The notes beneath the pieces were generated by a model. That model was given only the letters and a program-made list of their open reading frames with translations. It ran no database searches and had not been told where the DNA came from. Shown one piece after another: positions 8,737 to 16,865 of a stretch of 64,000 bases of DNA. A program made the position numbers and the translations under genes. Each line of letters opens with the position of its first letter. The first letter of the stretch is position 1. The DNA is taken from positions 15,453-79,452 of the forward strand of contig MIBJ01000057.1 of the NCBI GenBank assembly GCA_001829495.1, in the 5' to 3' direction. This DNA comes from Spirochaetes bacterium RBG_16_49_21 (GTDB lineage Bacteria; Spirochaetota; UBA4802; UBA5550).

Positions 8737-9724
8737 GATGATTCTTGAGTTTTCCCCGACCCTTGAACCAGGCCAGGCTGTCCCGGATTGTTTCTTCAAA
8801 AGGCCGGGGATTGTATCCAAGCTCGCGGGATGCCTTTTCATGGGAGATGCGGTCATGGGTCCGGATCGTCTTCAGGGCGAATGGAGTAAATTTAGTCGCC
8901 GTGTCGCTTGTTTTTGATATGAGGAGGGAGAAGTACGCGGGTACGATGCAGAGCCAAACCGGCACGATCAGCGACGGCGTTTTTTTACCTGATACTTGAC
9001 CGATGGTGCGGGACACGTCGCTGAAGTGATGCCAGTGTCCGCTCAGGAGATAACATTCTCCGGTTCTTCCTTTCTTTTCTGCGGCGAGCGCACCGGCGAC
9101 GACGTCCCGGGAGTCCACCCAGTTATATCCTCCGTCAACTACCGCTCTAAACCGTGAATGATATAGGTCGAGAAGCGCCTCTCCCATGAATGAAGGCTTG
9201 AAGTCATAGGGGCCGATAATTGCCGTGGGGTTGACAACCACCGCGTCAAGGCCGTGCTTGGCGGCATCCATTACCGCCTGCTGGGCAAGCGCCTTGGACC
9301 GGTCATAGGGGAATTCATTTTCACCTGTGGCAAGCGTTCTTTTCTCGTCAATCATCTCGCCGACCGGGTGCGCGGTGAAGGCGTGAATCGAGCTGAAGTG
9401 GACCAGCCTTTTCACCTTTCGTTTGATACAGGCCTCAATGACGTTGTTCGTTCCCTGGATATTGATTTTTTCAACCATTCCGCCTTCGGATCCTGTCAAC
9501 GATATTCTCGCTGCCAGGTGGAATACGGTATCCGCTCCCTGGAAAAGCTCCATGAGTGAATCGGTATCAAGGACATCCCCTCTTATCTTTTCAACCGCGA
9601 GCCCTTCAACCGCTCTCAGGTCGTTTCGTACCAGGACCCTTACGCGCCTCCCTTCGCTGAGAAGCGCCCGGACCAGGCTTGCGCCGACATGCCCTGTCGC
9701 GCCGGTTATCGCTGTCGTCATCAT
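8729..9724 (-). CDS. NAD-dependent epimerase/dehydratase (extended SDR) family protein
   Basis: N-terminal TGATGHVGASLVRALL Rossmann motif and a catalytic YxxxK context (YDRSK). Confidence 0.8.
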   Translation of the reverse strand: MMTTAITGATGHVGASLVRALLSEGRRVRVLVRNDLRAVEGLAVEKIRGDVLDTDSLMELFQGADTVFHLAARISLTGSEGGMVEKINIQGTNNVIEACIKRKVKRLVHFSSIHAFTAHPVGEMIDEKRTLATGENEFPYDRSKALAQQAVMDAAKHGLDAVVVNPTAIIGPYDFKPSFMGEALLDLYHSRFRAVVDGGYNWVDSRDVVAGALAAEKKGRTGECYLLSGHWHHFSDVSRTIGQVSGKKTPSLIVPVWLCIVPAYFSLLISKTSDTATKFTPFALKTIRTHDRISHEKASRELGYNPRPFEETIRDSLAWFKGRGKLKNHHD

Positions 9725-9864
9725 TCACCTCCTGATTGATTCGTCATATAGTTAATAAAATGCGTAAGGAATCAAGTGAAAAATGACGCGGTGAAACGCG
9801 CCTGCGCACTCCTCATATCCAAAAAGTATTGACATGGATTTTGAGCTATCATGATCATGTATCC

Positions 9865-11568
9865 ATGCGATTATCCCAATATATCCTTCCCACGCTGAAA
9901 GAAGACCCCTCAGACGCGGTCGTTCTGAGCCACCGGCTCATGATACGGGCCGGCCTCATACGCAAGGAGTCGGCCGGGATGTACATCTATCTTCCTCTGG
10001 GATGGCGTGCGCTCAGGAAGATCATAGGGATCGTACGCGGGGAGATGGACAAGGCCGGAGCGCTGGAGTTCCTTATGCCGGAGCTCACCAGCTCTGATTT
10101 ATGGAGGGAATCGGGAAGATGGGACGCCATGGGGCCGGAGATGTTCCGCATCCGGGACCGGAACGGCATTGAGTATGCGCTGGCGCCGACCCATGAGGAA
10201 GCATTCACCGGCGTCATGCGCAACCTGATCTCATCGTACCGCGATCTGCCCAAGAACGTTTACCAGATCAACACCAAGTTCCGGGACGAGATCCGGCCGC
10301 GTTTCGGCGTGATCCGGAGCAAGGAGTTCATCATGAAGGACGCCTATTCGTTCGACATGGACGAAAAGGGTCTTGAATATTCGTACCAGGTTATGCGGAA
10401 GACCTATCGCCGGATTTTCGAACGGTGCGGGCTGGACACCATACCGGTGGAGGCGGACACCGGCGCCATGGGCGGACGCGATTCAGAGGAATTCATGGTG
10501 GCCTCTGAAGTGGGAGAGGAAGTCCTGCTCTTGTGCGGCTCGTGCGGATACCGGGCCAACAGGGAAAAGGCCGGATATAAGCGGAAAGACACAAAGAGCG
10601 GCGAGAAGCTGAAAGGACTGGCTGAGGTTGTCACGCCGGATGTGAAGACCATCGATGACCTGGTGAAATTTTTCAAGTGCGCGGCTGAAAGGTTGTTAAA
10701 GAGCATAATTTATGTTGCGGACGGCAGGCCGGTCATGGCCGTGGTCACCGGCGACCGCGGGATCAATGAACAGAAGCTGGCTCGGGCCGCCGGCGCAAGC
10801 AGCCTTGAGCTTGCTCCTGAAACAGTCGTGGAGGAGGTTACCGGGGCGCCGGTCGGGTTCGCGGGACCGGTCACGAAAAAAGATATCCGCATACTGTATG
10901 ACCTTTCAGTGAAAAACGTGGTGAACGGCATCACCGGCGCAAACAAGAAGGATCTTCATTTCGAGGGTGTGAACCCCGGGAGGGATTTCTCTATAAAGGA
11001 AGAAGCCGACATCTCCTTTGCCGAGGAGGGGGACGCCTGTCCCCAATGCGGTTCAGCCATGTCAAGCAAGAAGGGGATCGAGGTGGGGCATATCTTCAAG
11101 CTTGAATATAAATATACCCGGTCAATGAACGTTACGGTGCTGAGCGAGGAAGGGGTTGCGGTGACTCCTATTATGGGGACCTACGGGATAGGGATAAACC
11201 GTACCATGGCCGCTATAGTGGAGCAGCATAACGACGAAAAGGGGATAGTATGGCCGCGCTCCGTGGCTCCGTTTGAGGTGCACCTCGTCAGGCTGGGCAA
11301 GGGCGAGATGGAGATCCGGGACACGGACGCAATCTATGACATGCTCCTTAAAGAAGGATTTGAGGTGCTGTATGACGACCGCACGGCCAGTCCCGGGTAC
11401 AAGTTCGCAGACGCCGATCTCATAGGCCTGCCGATCCGGGTGACGATCGGCAAGCATTATTTCCGGAACGGCGAGGTTGAGGTCAAACAGCGCAAGGAAA
11501 CTCAAGTGCATAAGATAGAGAAGGACGGGCTCATAGATCTAATCACCGCGCTCTTATCAGTCTCATAA
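9865..11568 (+). CDS. proS: Prolyl-tRNA synthetase (bacterial type with editing insertion)
   Basis: MRLSQYILPTLKEDPSDA..., class II motifs (FRDEIRPRFGV, KDAYSF, GTYGIGINR). Start chosen at the conserved MRLSQ. Confidence 0.9.
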   Translation: MRLSQYILPTLKEDPSDAVVLSHRLMIRAGLIRKESAGMYIYLPLGWRALRKIIGIVRGEMDKAGALEFLMPELTSSDLWRESGRWDAMGPEMFRIRDRNGIEYALAPTHEEAFTGVMRNLISSYRDLPKNVYQINTKFRDEIRPRFGVIRSKEFIMKDAYSFDMDEKGLEYSYQVMRKTYRRIFERCGLDTIPVEADTGAMGGRDSEEFMVASEVGEEVLLLCGSCGYRANREKAGYKRKDTKSGEKLKGLAEVVTPDVKTIDDLVKFFKCAAERLLKSIIYVADGRPVMAVVTGDRGINEQKLARAAGASSLELAPETVVEEVTGAPVGFAGPVTKKDIRILYDLSVKNVVNGITGANKKDLHFEGVNPGRDFSIKEEADISFAEEGDACPQCGSAMSSKKGIEVGHIFKLEYKYTRSMNVTVLSEEGVAVTPIMGTYGIGINRTMAAIVEQHNDEKGIVWPRSVAPFEVHLVRLGKGEMEIRDTDAIYDMLLKEGFEVLYDDRTASPGYKFADADLIGLPIRVTIGKHYFRNGEVEVKQRKETQVHKIEKDGLIDLITALLSVS

Positions 11569-11678
11569 AAAAACCTGCAAGACGCCTATTAATATTGACA
11601 TTTGCGACTATGTTTTAAAAAATGTTCAGTGTTTATCCTGCCGCGCATTGAATGATATTTTTTGAAGATATACGTGTA

Positions 11679-11777
11679 TAGACTTGTTGCAAAACTGCAA
11701 TAATATTAAAATGTGCTCCCGCCGCAGGCGGCGGGAGCACATTTTAATTATAATGATCTAATTTTACAATAAGTCGA
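11679..11777. mobile_element. Family-2 MITE-like element (TAGACTTGTTGCAAAAC termini, central GC hairpin)
   Basis: Left end TAGACTTGTTGCAAAAC (11679-). Degenerate inverted right end ATTTTACAATAAGTCGA (-11777). Central hairpin at 11708-11745. Its left arm matches the right arm of the copy at 36581-36681 in reverse complement. Confidence 0.6.
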
Positions 11778-11811
11778 GTATAAAAAATTTAAATAATGAG
11801 GGAGAAAGGAG

Positions 11812-12582
11812 ATGAAGATAGCTGTTTGTCTTAAACAGGTTCCTGATATGGAATCCAAGTTTAAAATCGTTGATGGCAAAAAGATCGATGAATCTCAGAT
11901 CGCTTTCAAAATCAATGATTTCGACAACTATGCTGTTGAGGCCGCGCTGCAGTTGAAAGAAAAGCTCGGCGGAGAAGTTGTCATCGTTACCTGCGGACCC
12001 GACCGTGCGTCCAAGGATATCCGGCAGGCGTTTGCCATGGGTGCGGACTGGGGCATCCATGTCAATGATCCGGCGGTTGAATCCGGCGATAATTTCGTGG
12101 TAGCGTCCGTTTTACAAAAGGCGATTGAGACCATCGGGGGAGTCGATCTGGTCCTGACCGGCGTTCAGGCAGAGGACGACCAGGCGGCGGTAACCGGCGT
12201 TATGCTGGCGGACCTCATGGGATTGCCCCACTGCACCAACGTGAAAAAGCTAGAAATCAACGGTAACAATCTTACCGTCAACCGGGAGCTGGAAGGCGGA
12301 TTTAACGAGGTGATCGAAATGAGCGCGCCCGCGGTCCTTTCAATCCAATCAGGCATCAATGAGCCGCGGTATCCCACATTGCCGGGCATCATGAAGGCAA
12401 AGAAGAAGCGGCTCGATGTAAAAAAGGGTGCGGATTTAGGCGTATCGCCAAAGTCCAAGACGGATTTCATCAAGATGTTCTTCCCTGTTTCCGAGCATAA
12501 GGCTGAAATTATTCAGGGCGATCCTGCCACAGCCGCAGCAAAGCTCATTGAAAAACTCAAGACAGAAGCCAAGGTGATATAA
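11812..12582 (+). CDS. etfB: Electron transfer flavoprotein beta subunit
   Basis: MKIAVCLKQVPD... N-terminus typical of EtfB. AGGAG RBS. Immediately followed by etfA. Confidence 0.9.
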   Translation: MKIAVCLKQVPDMESKFKIVDGKKIDESQIAFKINDFDNYAVEAALQLKEKLGGEVVIVTCGPDRASKDIRQAFAMGADWGIHVNDPAVESGDNFVVASVLQKAIETIGGVDLVLTGVQAEDDQAAVTGVMLADLMGLPHCTNVKKLEINGNNLTVNRELEGGFNEVIEMSAPAVLSIQSGINEPRYPTLPGIMKAKKKRLDVKKGADLGVSPKSKTDFIKMFFPVSEHKAEIIQGDPATAAAKLIEKLKTEAKVI

Positions 12583-12595
12583 GGAGGTGGGAACT

Positions 12596-13546
12596 ATGGC
12601 AAAAATATTAGCAATAGCTGAACATAAAAACGGAAAATTGACCGACGGTACGCTTGAGCTCTGCAAGGCGGCAAAAGCGATAGCATCGGCGCTGGGAGCC
12701 GAACCGGCTGCTGCGGTGCTGGGCAAAGACGATTCAGTCGCCAAGGAAGTCGCGAAATACATCCCCCTTGTCTTTTCAGTGACCAATGCGGCTCTTGAAA
12801 AATACACCTCTGACGGATATGTCCAGGGTGTAAAAGCGGTCGTTGAATCACAGGATGTCAAAGGGGTGCTGATATCCCATTCATACGACGGCGTGGACTA
12901 TGCCGCCAAGGTCGCCATGGCGATCAACGCAGGCATTGTTTCGAACTGCAACAAAGCCAGGATAGACGGCGGCGCCGTAATATTCACGCGGAATACCTAT
13001 AACGGCAAGATACAGGAAGAGAAAAAGGTCAATACCGACAAATTCGTGGCTACCTTTGAGAAGGGAGCCTATGACATGGAACCGGCGGGAAGCCCCGGAA
13101 CGGTAACCGCAGTATCAGCCTCGATCGGCGCAATCAGAACCACGGTCAAGGGCATTATTGAGACCATGGCCGGCGCGGTCGACATCTCCCAGGCCAAGAT
13201 CATCGTATCCGGCGGACGCGGGTGCAAGGATGCCGACAAGTACAAAGAGTTTATAGTCTCCCTGGCGAAGAAATTAGGCGGCGAGTACGGCGCGTCCCGG
13301 CCGGTTGTCGACTCCGGATGGACTGATGCCGCGCGTCAGGTCGGACAATCTGGAAAAACGGTGAACCCTGACCTGTATATCGCAGTCGGCATATCCGGGG
13401 CAATCCAGCATGTGGCGGGCATGAAGGGAGCAAAATGCATAGTAGCCATCAATAAAGACCCGGAAGCTCCCATATTCAATATCGCTACGTATGGGATCGT
13501 CGGCGATCTTTTTGAAGTAATACCGGCAATGCTGGCGAGCCTGTAA
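12596..13546 (+). CDS. etfA: Electron transfer flavoprotein alpha subunit
   Basis: FAD-binding C-terminal motifs ([33 protein letters not shown]). ATG at 12596 follows AAGGAGG. Confidence 0.9.
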   Translation: MAKILAIAEHKNGKLTDGTLELCKAAKAIASALGAEPAAAVLGKDDSVAKEVAKYIPLVFSVTNAALEKYTSDGYVQGVKAVVESQDVKGVLISHSYDGVDYAAKVAMAINAGIVSNCNKARIDGGAVIFTRNTYNGKIQEEKKVNTDKFVATFEKGAYDMEPAGSPGTVTAVSASIGAIRTTVKGIIETMAGAVDISQAKIIVSGGRGCKDADKYKEFIVSLAKKLGGEYGASRPVVDSGWTDAARQVGQSGKTVNPDLYIAVGISGAIQHVAGMKGAKCIVAINKDPEAPIFNIATYGIVGDLFEVIPAMLASL

Positions 13547-13578
13547 TACTTGTTCTCAGTGCCCCTGTGCTGTACAAT

Positions 13579-13610
13579 ATGAAAGCGCGGTTACGCAACC
13601 GCGCTTTCAT
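13579..13610. terminator. Bidirectional hairpin terminator between etfA and the convergent OMP gene
   Basis: ATGAAAGCGCGGTT-ACGC-AACCGCGCTTTCAT: 14-bp perfect stem and 4-nt loop, T-rich on the plus side and A-rich upstream. Confidence 0.7.
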
Positions 13611-14083
13611 TATTCTTTCATCGGGAATATGTTCGTCCTGAACATGACGCCGGATATCGCGGCGATATCAAACAGGGAGGTGATATCGCTGTTCCCCTTT
13701 ATCAGTTCCGTCACGTACAAAGCCCCGGTCCCGCCGAGGAATAGATCAACGTAATCCATGATCCTGAATTTAACGCTGATGCCGAGGGTGAACCCGAGCT
13801 GCAGGTGATTGAGATGCGGCAGCAGATCAAAATTTTTTTATAGGTAAATATTGATTTATCGATCCTTTTCAAAAACGACCCCGCCGCCGTAGCCCGGCGC
13901 GAGATTATACGCACTGTATTGATCGCTTTTTTTGCGGAGCCATGCGCTGTAATAGTTGTATGAACCGGCGATGCCGAACGAAGTGTTCGGGGGCTTCTCT
14001 GCCGTATCCTGCGCAACCGCCGGATGCAGGGAACCCAGGAGTATAACAGCCGCAGATAGGAAGCTCGGGTTGAGATATTTCAT
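13610..14083 (-). pseudogene. Small outer-membrane beta-barrel protein gene interrupted by two in-frame TAA codons
   Basis: Signal peptide MKYLNPSFLSAAVILLGSLHPAVAQ plus Gly/Tyr-rich strands, up to the TAA at 13856-13858. The same frame continues (INIYL, TAA at 13838-13840) into 76 more beta-strand-like codons ending at 13610. Confidence 0.5.
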
Positions 14084-14097
14084 GATATCAGCTGTCT

Positions 14098-14478
14098 TTA
14101 ATTTTTTTCCTCCATTATGCACGTGCCGTTGAAAATTGATCCGGATTCTATATCAAGCTCCGGAGCCACCAGATCCGCGTAGGTTTTGCTTTTTTTAAAC
14201 AGTTCGATTTTTTTAGTCGCCTTTATCTTTCCGTTGAAGACGCCGCTGTTGCTTACCTCGCTCGCCCTGACATCCGCGCTCACCTTGGCCTCACGGCCGA
14301 TGATGAGCTGCCCGTCGGTTTCGATCTTGCCCTCAAAAGAGCCTTTGATCTTAAGGGAATTTTTGAAATTCAGGCTTCCCTTGAATGAAATGTCATCGGC
14401 GATGACCGTATCAATCTTGTTCTCATCCTCAACAACTTCTTTTGGTTCTGCCATTATTCTCTCCCTGTTTGTCTTCAA
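14098..14478 (-). CDS. Bactofilin family cytoskeletal protein
   Basis: Repetitive beta-helix pattern (FKGSLNFKNSLKIKGSFEGKIETDGQLIIGREAKVSADVRASEV...) typical of the bactofilin/CcmA domain. Confidence 0.8.
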   Translation of the reverse strand: MKTNRERIMAEPKEVVEDENKIDTVIADDISFKGSLNFKNSLKIKGSFEGKIETDGQLIIGREAKVSADVRASEVSNSGVFNGKIKATKKIELFKKSKTYADLVAPELDIESGSIFNGTCIMEEKN

Positions 14479-14574
14479 GAATCGTCATCTTCACGGGAAA
14501 ATGACCATCCGAATTGTGAAAGGTAGGTTATAATAGCTGTCGAGAAATGTCAACTAAAAGTAAAGAGGGGATAA

Positions 14575-14669
14575 TAGACTTGTTGCAAAACTAAATTTCT
14601 TAACGGGATCAGGCGGCGCAGCCTGAGCGAACAGGATGTTCGCGAGACGGGAGTTGCGCAACAAGTTTA
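14575..14669. mobile_element. Family-2 MITE-like element
   Basis: TAGACTTGTTGCAAAAC (14575-) and inverted GTTGCGCAACAAGTTTA (-14669) flank two small GC hairpins. Confidence 0.6.
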
Positions 14670-14713
14670 ATTTTGTCTTGATTTATTCAAAACGTGCGCG
14701 AAAAGTTATTCTC

Positions 14714-15043
14714 ATGGAAGAAATAATGGCAAAGGCTGATGAGCTGGGCAGGCTTATCAGAAATACCGAGATTTACAAGAATTTCCAGCGCCTGTCCGGC
14801 TTGCTCCGGGCGGATCCGGATGCTGCGAATTTTTTTGATGAATATCTGCGTCTGTCCGGTTCAATCAAAGAACGGCAGGACAGGGGAGATACTATCGAGA
14901 GCTATGAAATGGAACATCTGAAGAATATGAGGGATCTTATCTCAGCGAACGAATTGATACTGCGCTATACAGAGGCCCGGCAGGATTATCTGGACCTGCT
15001 TGTTGAAATACGGAATCAGATCAGCGATTCTGATTTTGTGTGA
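14714..15043 (+). CDS. YlbF/YmcA-family regulatory protein
   Basis: Helical protein of about 110 aa (ADELGRLIRNTEIYKNFQR..., ELILRYTEARQDYLDLL) resembling the YlbF family. The longer ORF-track start at 14636 lies inside the repeat element. Confidence 0.65.
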   Translation: MEEIMAKADELGRLIRNTEIYKNFQRLSGLLRADPDAANFFDEYLRLSGSIKERQDRGDTIESYEMEHLKNMRDLISANELILRYTEARQDYLDLLVEIRNQISDSDFV

Positions 15044-15060
15044 CGGGTGACGTTTTTGTT

Positions 15061-15084
15061 AACGAGGGGTTTAAACCCCTCGTT
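15061..15084. terminator. Bidirectional hairpin between the ylbF-like gene and rpmB
   Basis: AACGAGGGG-TTTAAA-CCCCTCGTT, preceded by a T-tract on the plus strand. It overlaps the rpmB stop codon. Confidence 0.6.
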
Positions 15085-15268
15085 ACGCCTTGGCTACCTT
15101 TCCCGACCTGATGCACCGGGTGCACACGTATTTTCTCACCGTTTGCTTATTTTCAAGGACCTTGATCCTCTTCACGTTGGGACGCCATATCTTTTTAGTC
15201 TTTTTATTGGAGTGGCTTACGTTGTTCCCGATCTGAATAGCTTTACCGCAAACTTCACATTTAGCCAT
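15083..15268 (-). CDS. rpmB: 50S ribosomal protein L28
   Basis: MAKCEVCGK...GNNVSHSNKKTKK.W.PN is the L28 signature. 61 aa. Confidence 0.9.
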   Translation of the reverse strand: MAKCEVCGKAIQIGNNVSHSNKKTKKIWRPNVKRIKVLENKQTVRKYVCTRCIRSGKVAKA

Positions 15269-15461
15269 GGATTATTCCTTCCTTGATCCTTATCAGATTG
15301 CTCACGGGCGTTGAACAGGTTATGCATTGAATTAATATGGTCTGACACTATTAATTTATGTCCTTTTTTTTCAAGCATTATTTGCCAAACTTGTCCTCTT
15401 TTCGGAAGTGAATTAAATTTTGGGTTGAAGAGCCTCCCCCCTTACGACTAGTCATCACACA

Positions 15462-15673
15462 CATTTCAAACTCTCATGCCCACTAAATCCCCTTCGACCT
15501 CACCCCCCGGCCCCCTCTCCCATTTAGAAATGAAAAAAGGAGAGGGGGAGTCTAGATGGGGCTTGATGCCACGGAAACCCTCTCCTTTCTTCCGAAATTA
15601 ATGGGAGAGGGTGCGCAGCGCGCAGGTGAGGTCGAAGGGGATTTAGTGGGCCGAAGAGTTTGATTTAAAGATG
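15462..15673. mobile_element. Family-1 foldback MITE-like element
   Basis: 26-bp perfect inverted repeat GCCCACTAAATCCCCTTCGACCTCAC (15478-15503 / 15626-15651), extended imperfectly to about 42 bp. Two internal CCCTCTCC...GGAGAGGG hairpins. Confidence 0.65.
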
Positions 15674-15752
15674 CCTGAATCTTCTTGACATGCTACGGTG
15701 CTTCATTATCGTAATCTAACTTGGCACCTGAATTGATCGTTTACAACCGCTT

Positions 15753-15947
15753 ATGAAAATAACAAAAAACACCAGAGCCTTGGACGCCATACGGATGTCC
15801 GGAAAAATCATAAAAGTCTTTGAGGGCTACGGGCTTTACTGCCCCGCGTGCAAAGGGGCCGGAGAGGAGACCATAGAGAAGGTCGCGGTCAACAACGGCC
15901 TGGATGTAAAAAAGCTCCTGCAAGACCTGAACTCCGCGCTGGAGTGA
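15753..15947 (+). CDS. DUF1858-like small redox-disulfide protein
   Basis: 64 aa with a CPAC motif (GLYCPACKGAGEETIE), resembling hybrid-cluster-protein-associated disulfide domain proteins. Confidence 0.55.
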   Translation: MKITKNTRALDAIRMSGKIIKVFEGYGLYCPACKGAGEETIEKVAVNNGLDVKKLLQDLNSALE

Positions 15948-15948
15948 T

Positions 15949-16524
15949 ATGAGCCGCATCAGGATCATCGCCGGGGGTCTCAAGGGGAGGGTGATCCCCT
16001 TTTCGAATAAAAAATTTGATGACGCCGACATCACCCCTCAAAAGGTCAAAGGCGCGGTCTTTTCCATGATCGGCGAGTGGTTGGAGGGCAAGGGCTTCCT
16101 CGACCTGTATGCCGGCTCGGGCCAGATCGGGCTTGAGGCCCTGAGCAGGGGAGCCGATCCGGTAGTGTTGAACGAGCCGGATGCGAGGAGGTTTCACTTC
16201 ATAACATCGTATCTGGACGGGCTTGACCTGGCTACGCGGCCCCTGCTGCTCAACCTGACTGATCAGAAGGCTCTCGATCATCTCAAGAGCCTTGATATTA
16301 CGGCTCATTATATTTTCCTTGATCCTCCCTACAATAAAATAAAAAACGTTGTCGTTCAACACTGGGGAATCATCCAAAAAATATCCGACTCAGGAATTCT
16401 CCGGAGAAACGGAAAAATCATCATCCAGCATTTCAGCGCCAACATCCTTGATGAGAAAATCGGCCCCTATCATCTCCGGAGCACGAAAAAATATGGGAGG
16501 ACTTCGCTGTCCGTTTATAGTTGA
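15949..16524 (+). CDS. rsmD: 16S rRNA (guanine966-N2)-methyltransferase
   Basis: RIIAGGLKGR, DLYAGSGQIGLEALSRGA and the catalytic FLDPPY motif. Confidence 0.85.
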   Translation: MSRIRIIAGGLKGRVIPFSNKKFDDADITPQKVKGAVFSMIGEWLEGKGFLDLYAGSGQIGLEALSRGADPVVLNEPDARRFHFITSYLDGLDLATRPLLLNLTDQKALDHLKSLDITAHYIFLDPPYNKIKNVVVQHWGIIQKISDSGILRRNGKIIIQHFSANILDEKIGPYHLRSTKKYGRTSLSVYS

Positions 16525-16560
16525 TTCTTCTCACTCGTCCCCCCTGCGGGGACCGAGCCA

Positions 16561-16764
16561 TTACTTACATCTCATTCATTCATATCCTCCTAAAGCCTGC
16601 TTCTGACCTCATCCCCCCCCTTCCCCCCTTCTCCTCAATAAGAGAAGGGGGGTGCATGAAGCTTATAGTTATACCCCCCCTCTCCAATTTGGAGAGGGGG
16701 GCAGGGGGGTGAGGTCAGAAGCAGGCTTTAGGGGACGAGGAGCTTGATTTAAAGATGTGGGTAG
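16561..16764. mobile_element. Family-1 foldback MITE-like element
   Basis: 23-bp perfect inverted repeat CCTAAAGCCTGCTTCTGACCTCA (16589-16611 / 16710-16732). Right terminus AGATGTGGGTAG. Internal hairpins CCCTTCTC...GAGAAGGG and CCCCCCTCTCC-AATTT-GGAGAGGGGGG. Confidence 0.65.
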
Positions 16765-16865
16765 TAATTATAATTGTTGACGGGTATCGGCCGTTTGTAC
16801 TGTTATTATAGTGCATGTCATGCAAATAATGGCTCTGAATATAACGGGCAACAGGTGAACGTTCA

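Noticed and set aside
14628-14642. CGAACAGGATGTTCG looks like a Gram-positive-type LexA (Cheo) box.
   Set aside because: - The half-sites are separated by 5 nt, not 4.
- It lies inside a repeat element upstream of a ylbF-like gene.
- No comparable box is present upstream of recA in this window.
14636-14713. Longer start (14636) for the ylbF-like ORF given in the ORF track.
   Set aside because: The first 26 codons lie within or just after the family-2 repeat and encode a basic, non-conserved-looking peptide. The conserved-looking helical protein starts at MEEIMAKADE (14714).
15040-15052. The 13-mer GTGACGGGTGACG occurs at the stop codons of both the ylbF-like gene (15040-15052) and alr (33478-33490).
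   Set aside because: - Identical 13-mers are expected by chance several times in 64 kb when both strands are considered.
- The 15040 copy has no complementary partner arm.
- The coincidence with stop codons is noted but the evidence is too thin.
15722-15736. Sigma54-like element TGGCAC-N5-TTGA upstream of the DUF1858/rsmD genes.
   Set aside because: - The -12 element lacks the conserved GC (TTGA instead of TTGC).
- It would place the TSS only a few nt before the ATG.
- A plausible sigma70 promoter (TTGACA at 15686 with TATCGT 16 nt downstream) is available.
- No enhancer-binding protein gene is nearby.
15462-16764. Possibility that the repeated GC-rich hairpins (CCCTCTCC...GGAGAGGG and similar) form a CRISPR array.
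   Set aside because: - There are no regularly spaced identical direct repeats with unique spacers.
- The units are inverted repeats of varying sequence, scattered across separate intergenic regions.
- No cas genes are present.
16525-16865. T-box or other riboswitch leaders upstream of the aminoacyl-tRNA synthetase genes (glnS here; also proS at 9725-9864, and the cysS and gltX leaders).
   Set aside because: - I saw no T-box specifier-loop or antiterminator consensus (no conserved T-box 14-mer).
- The glnS spacer is fully accounted for by a family-1 repeat.
- The other leaders are too short.
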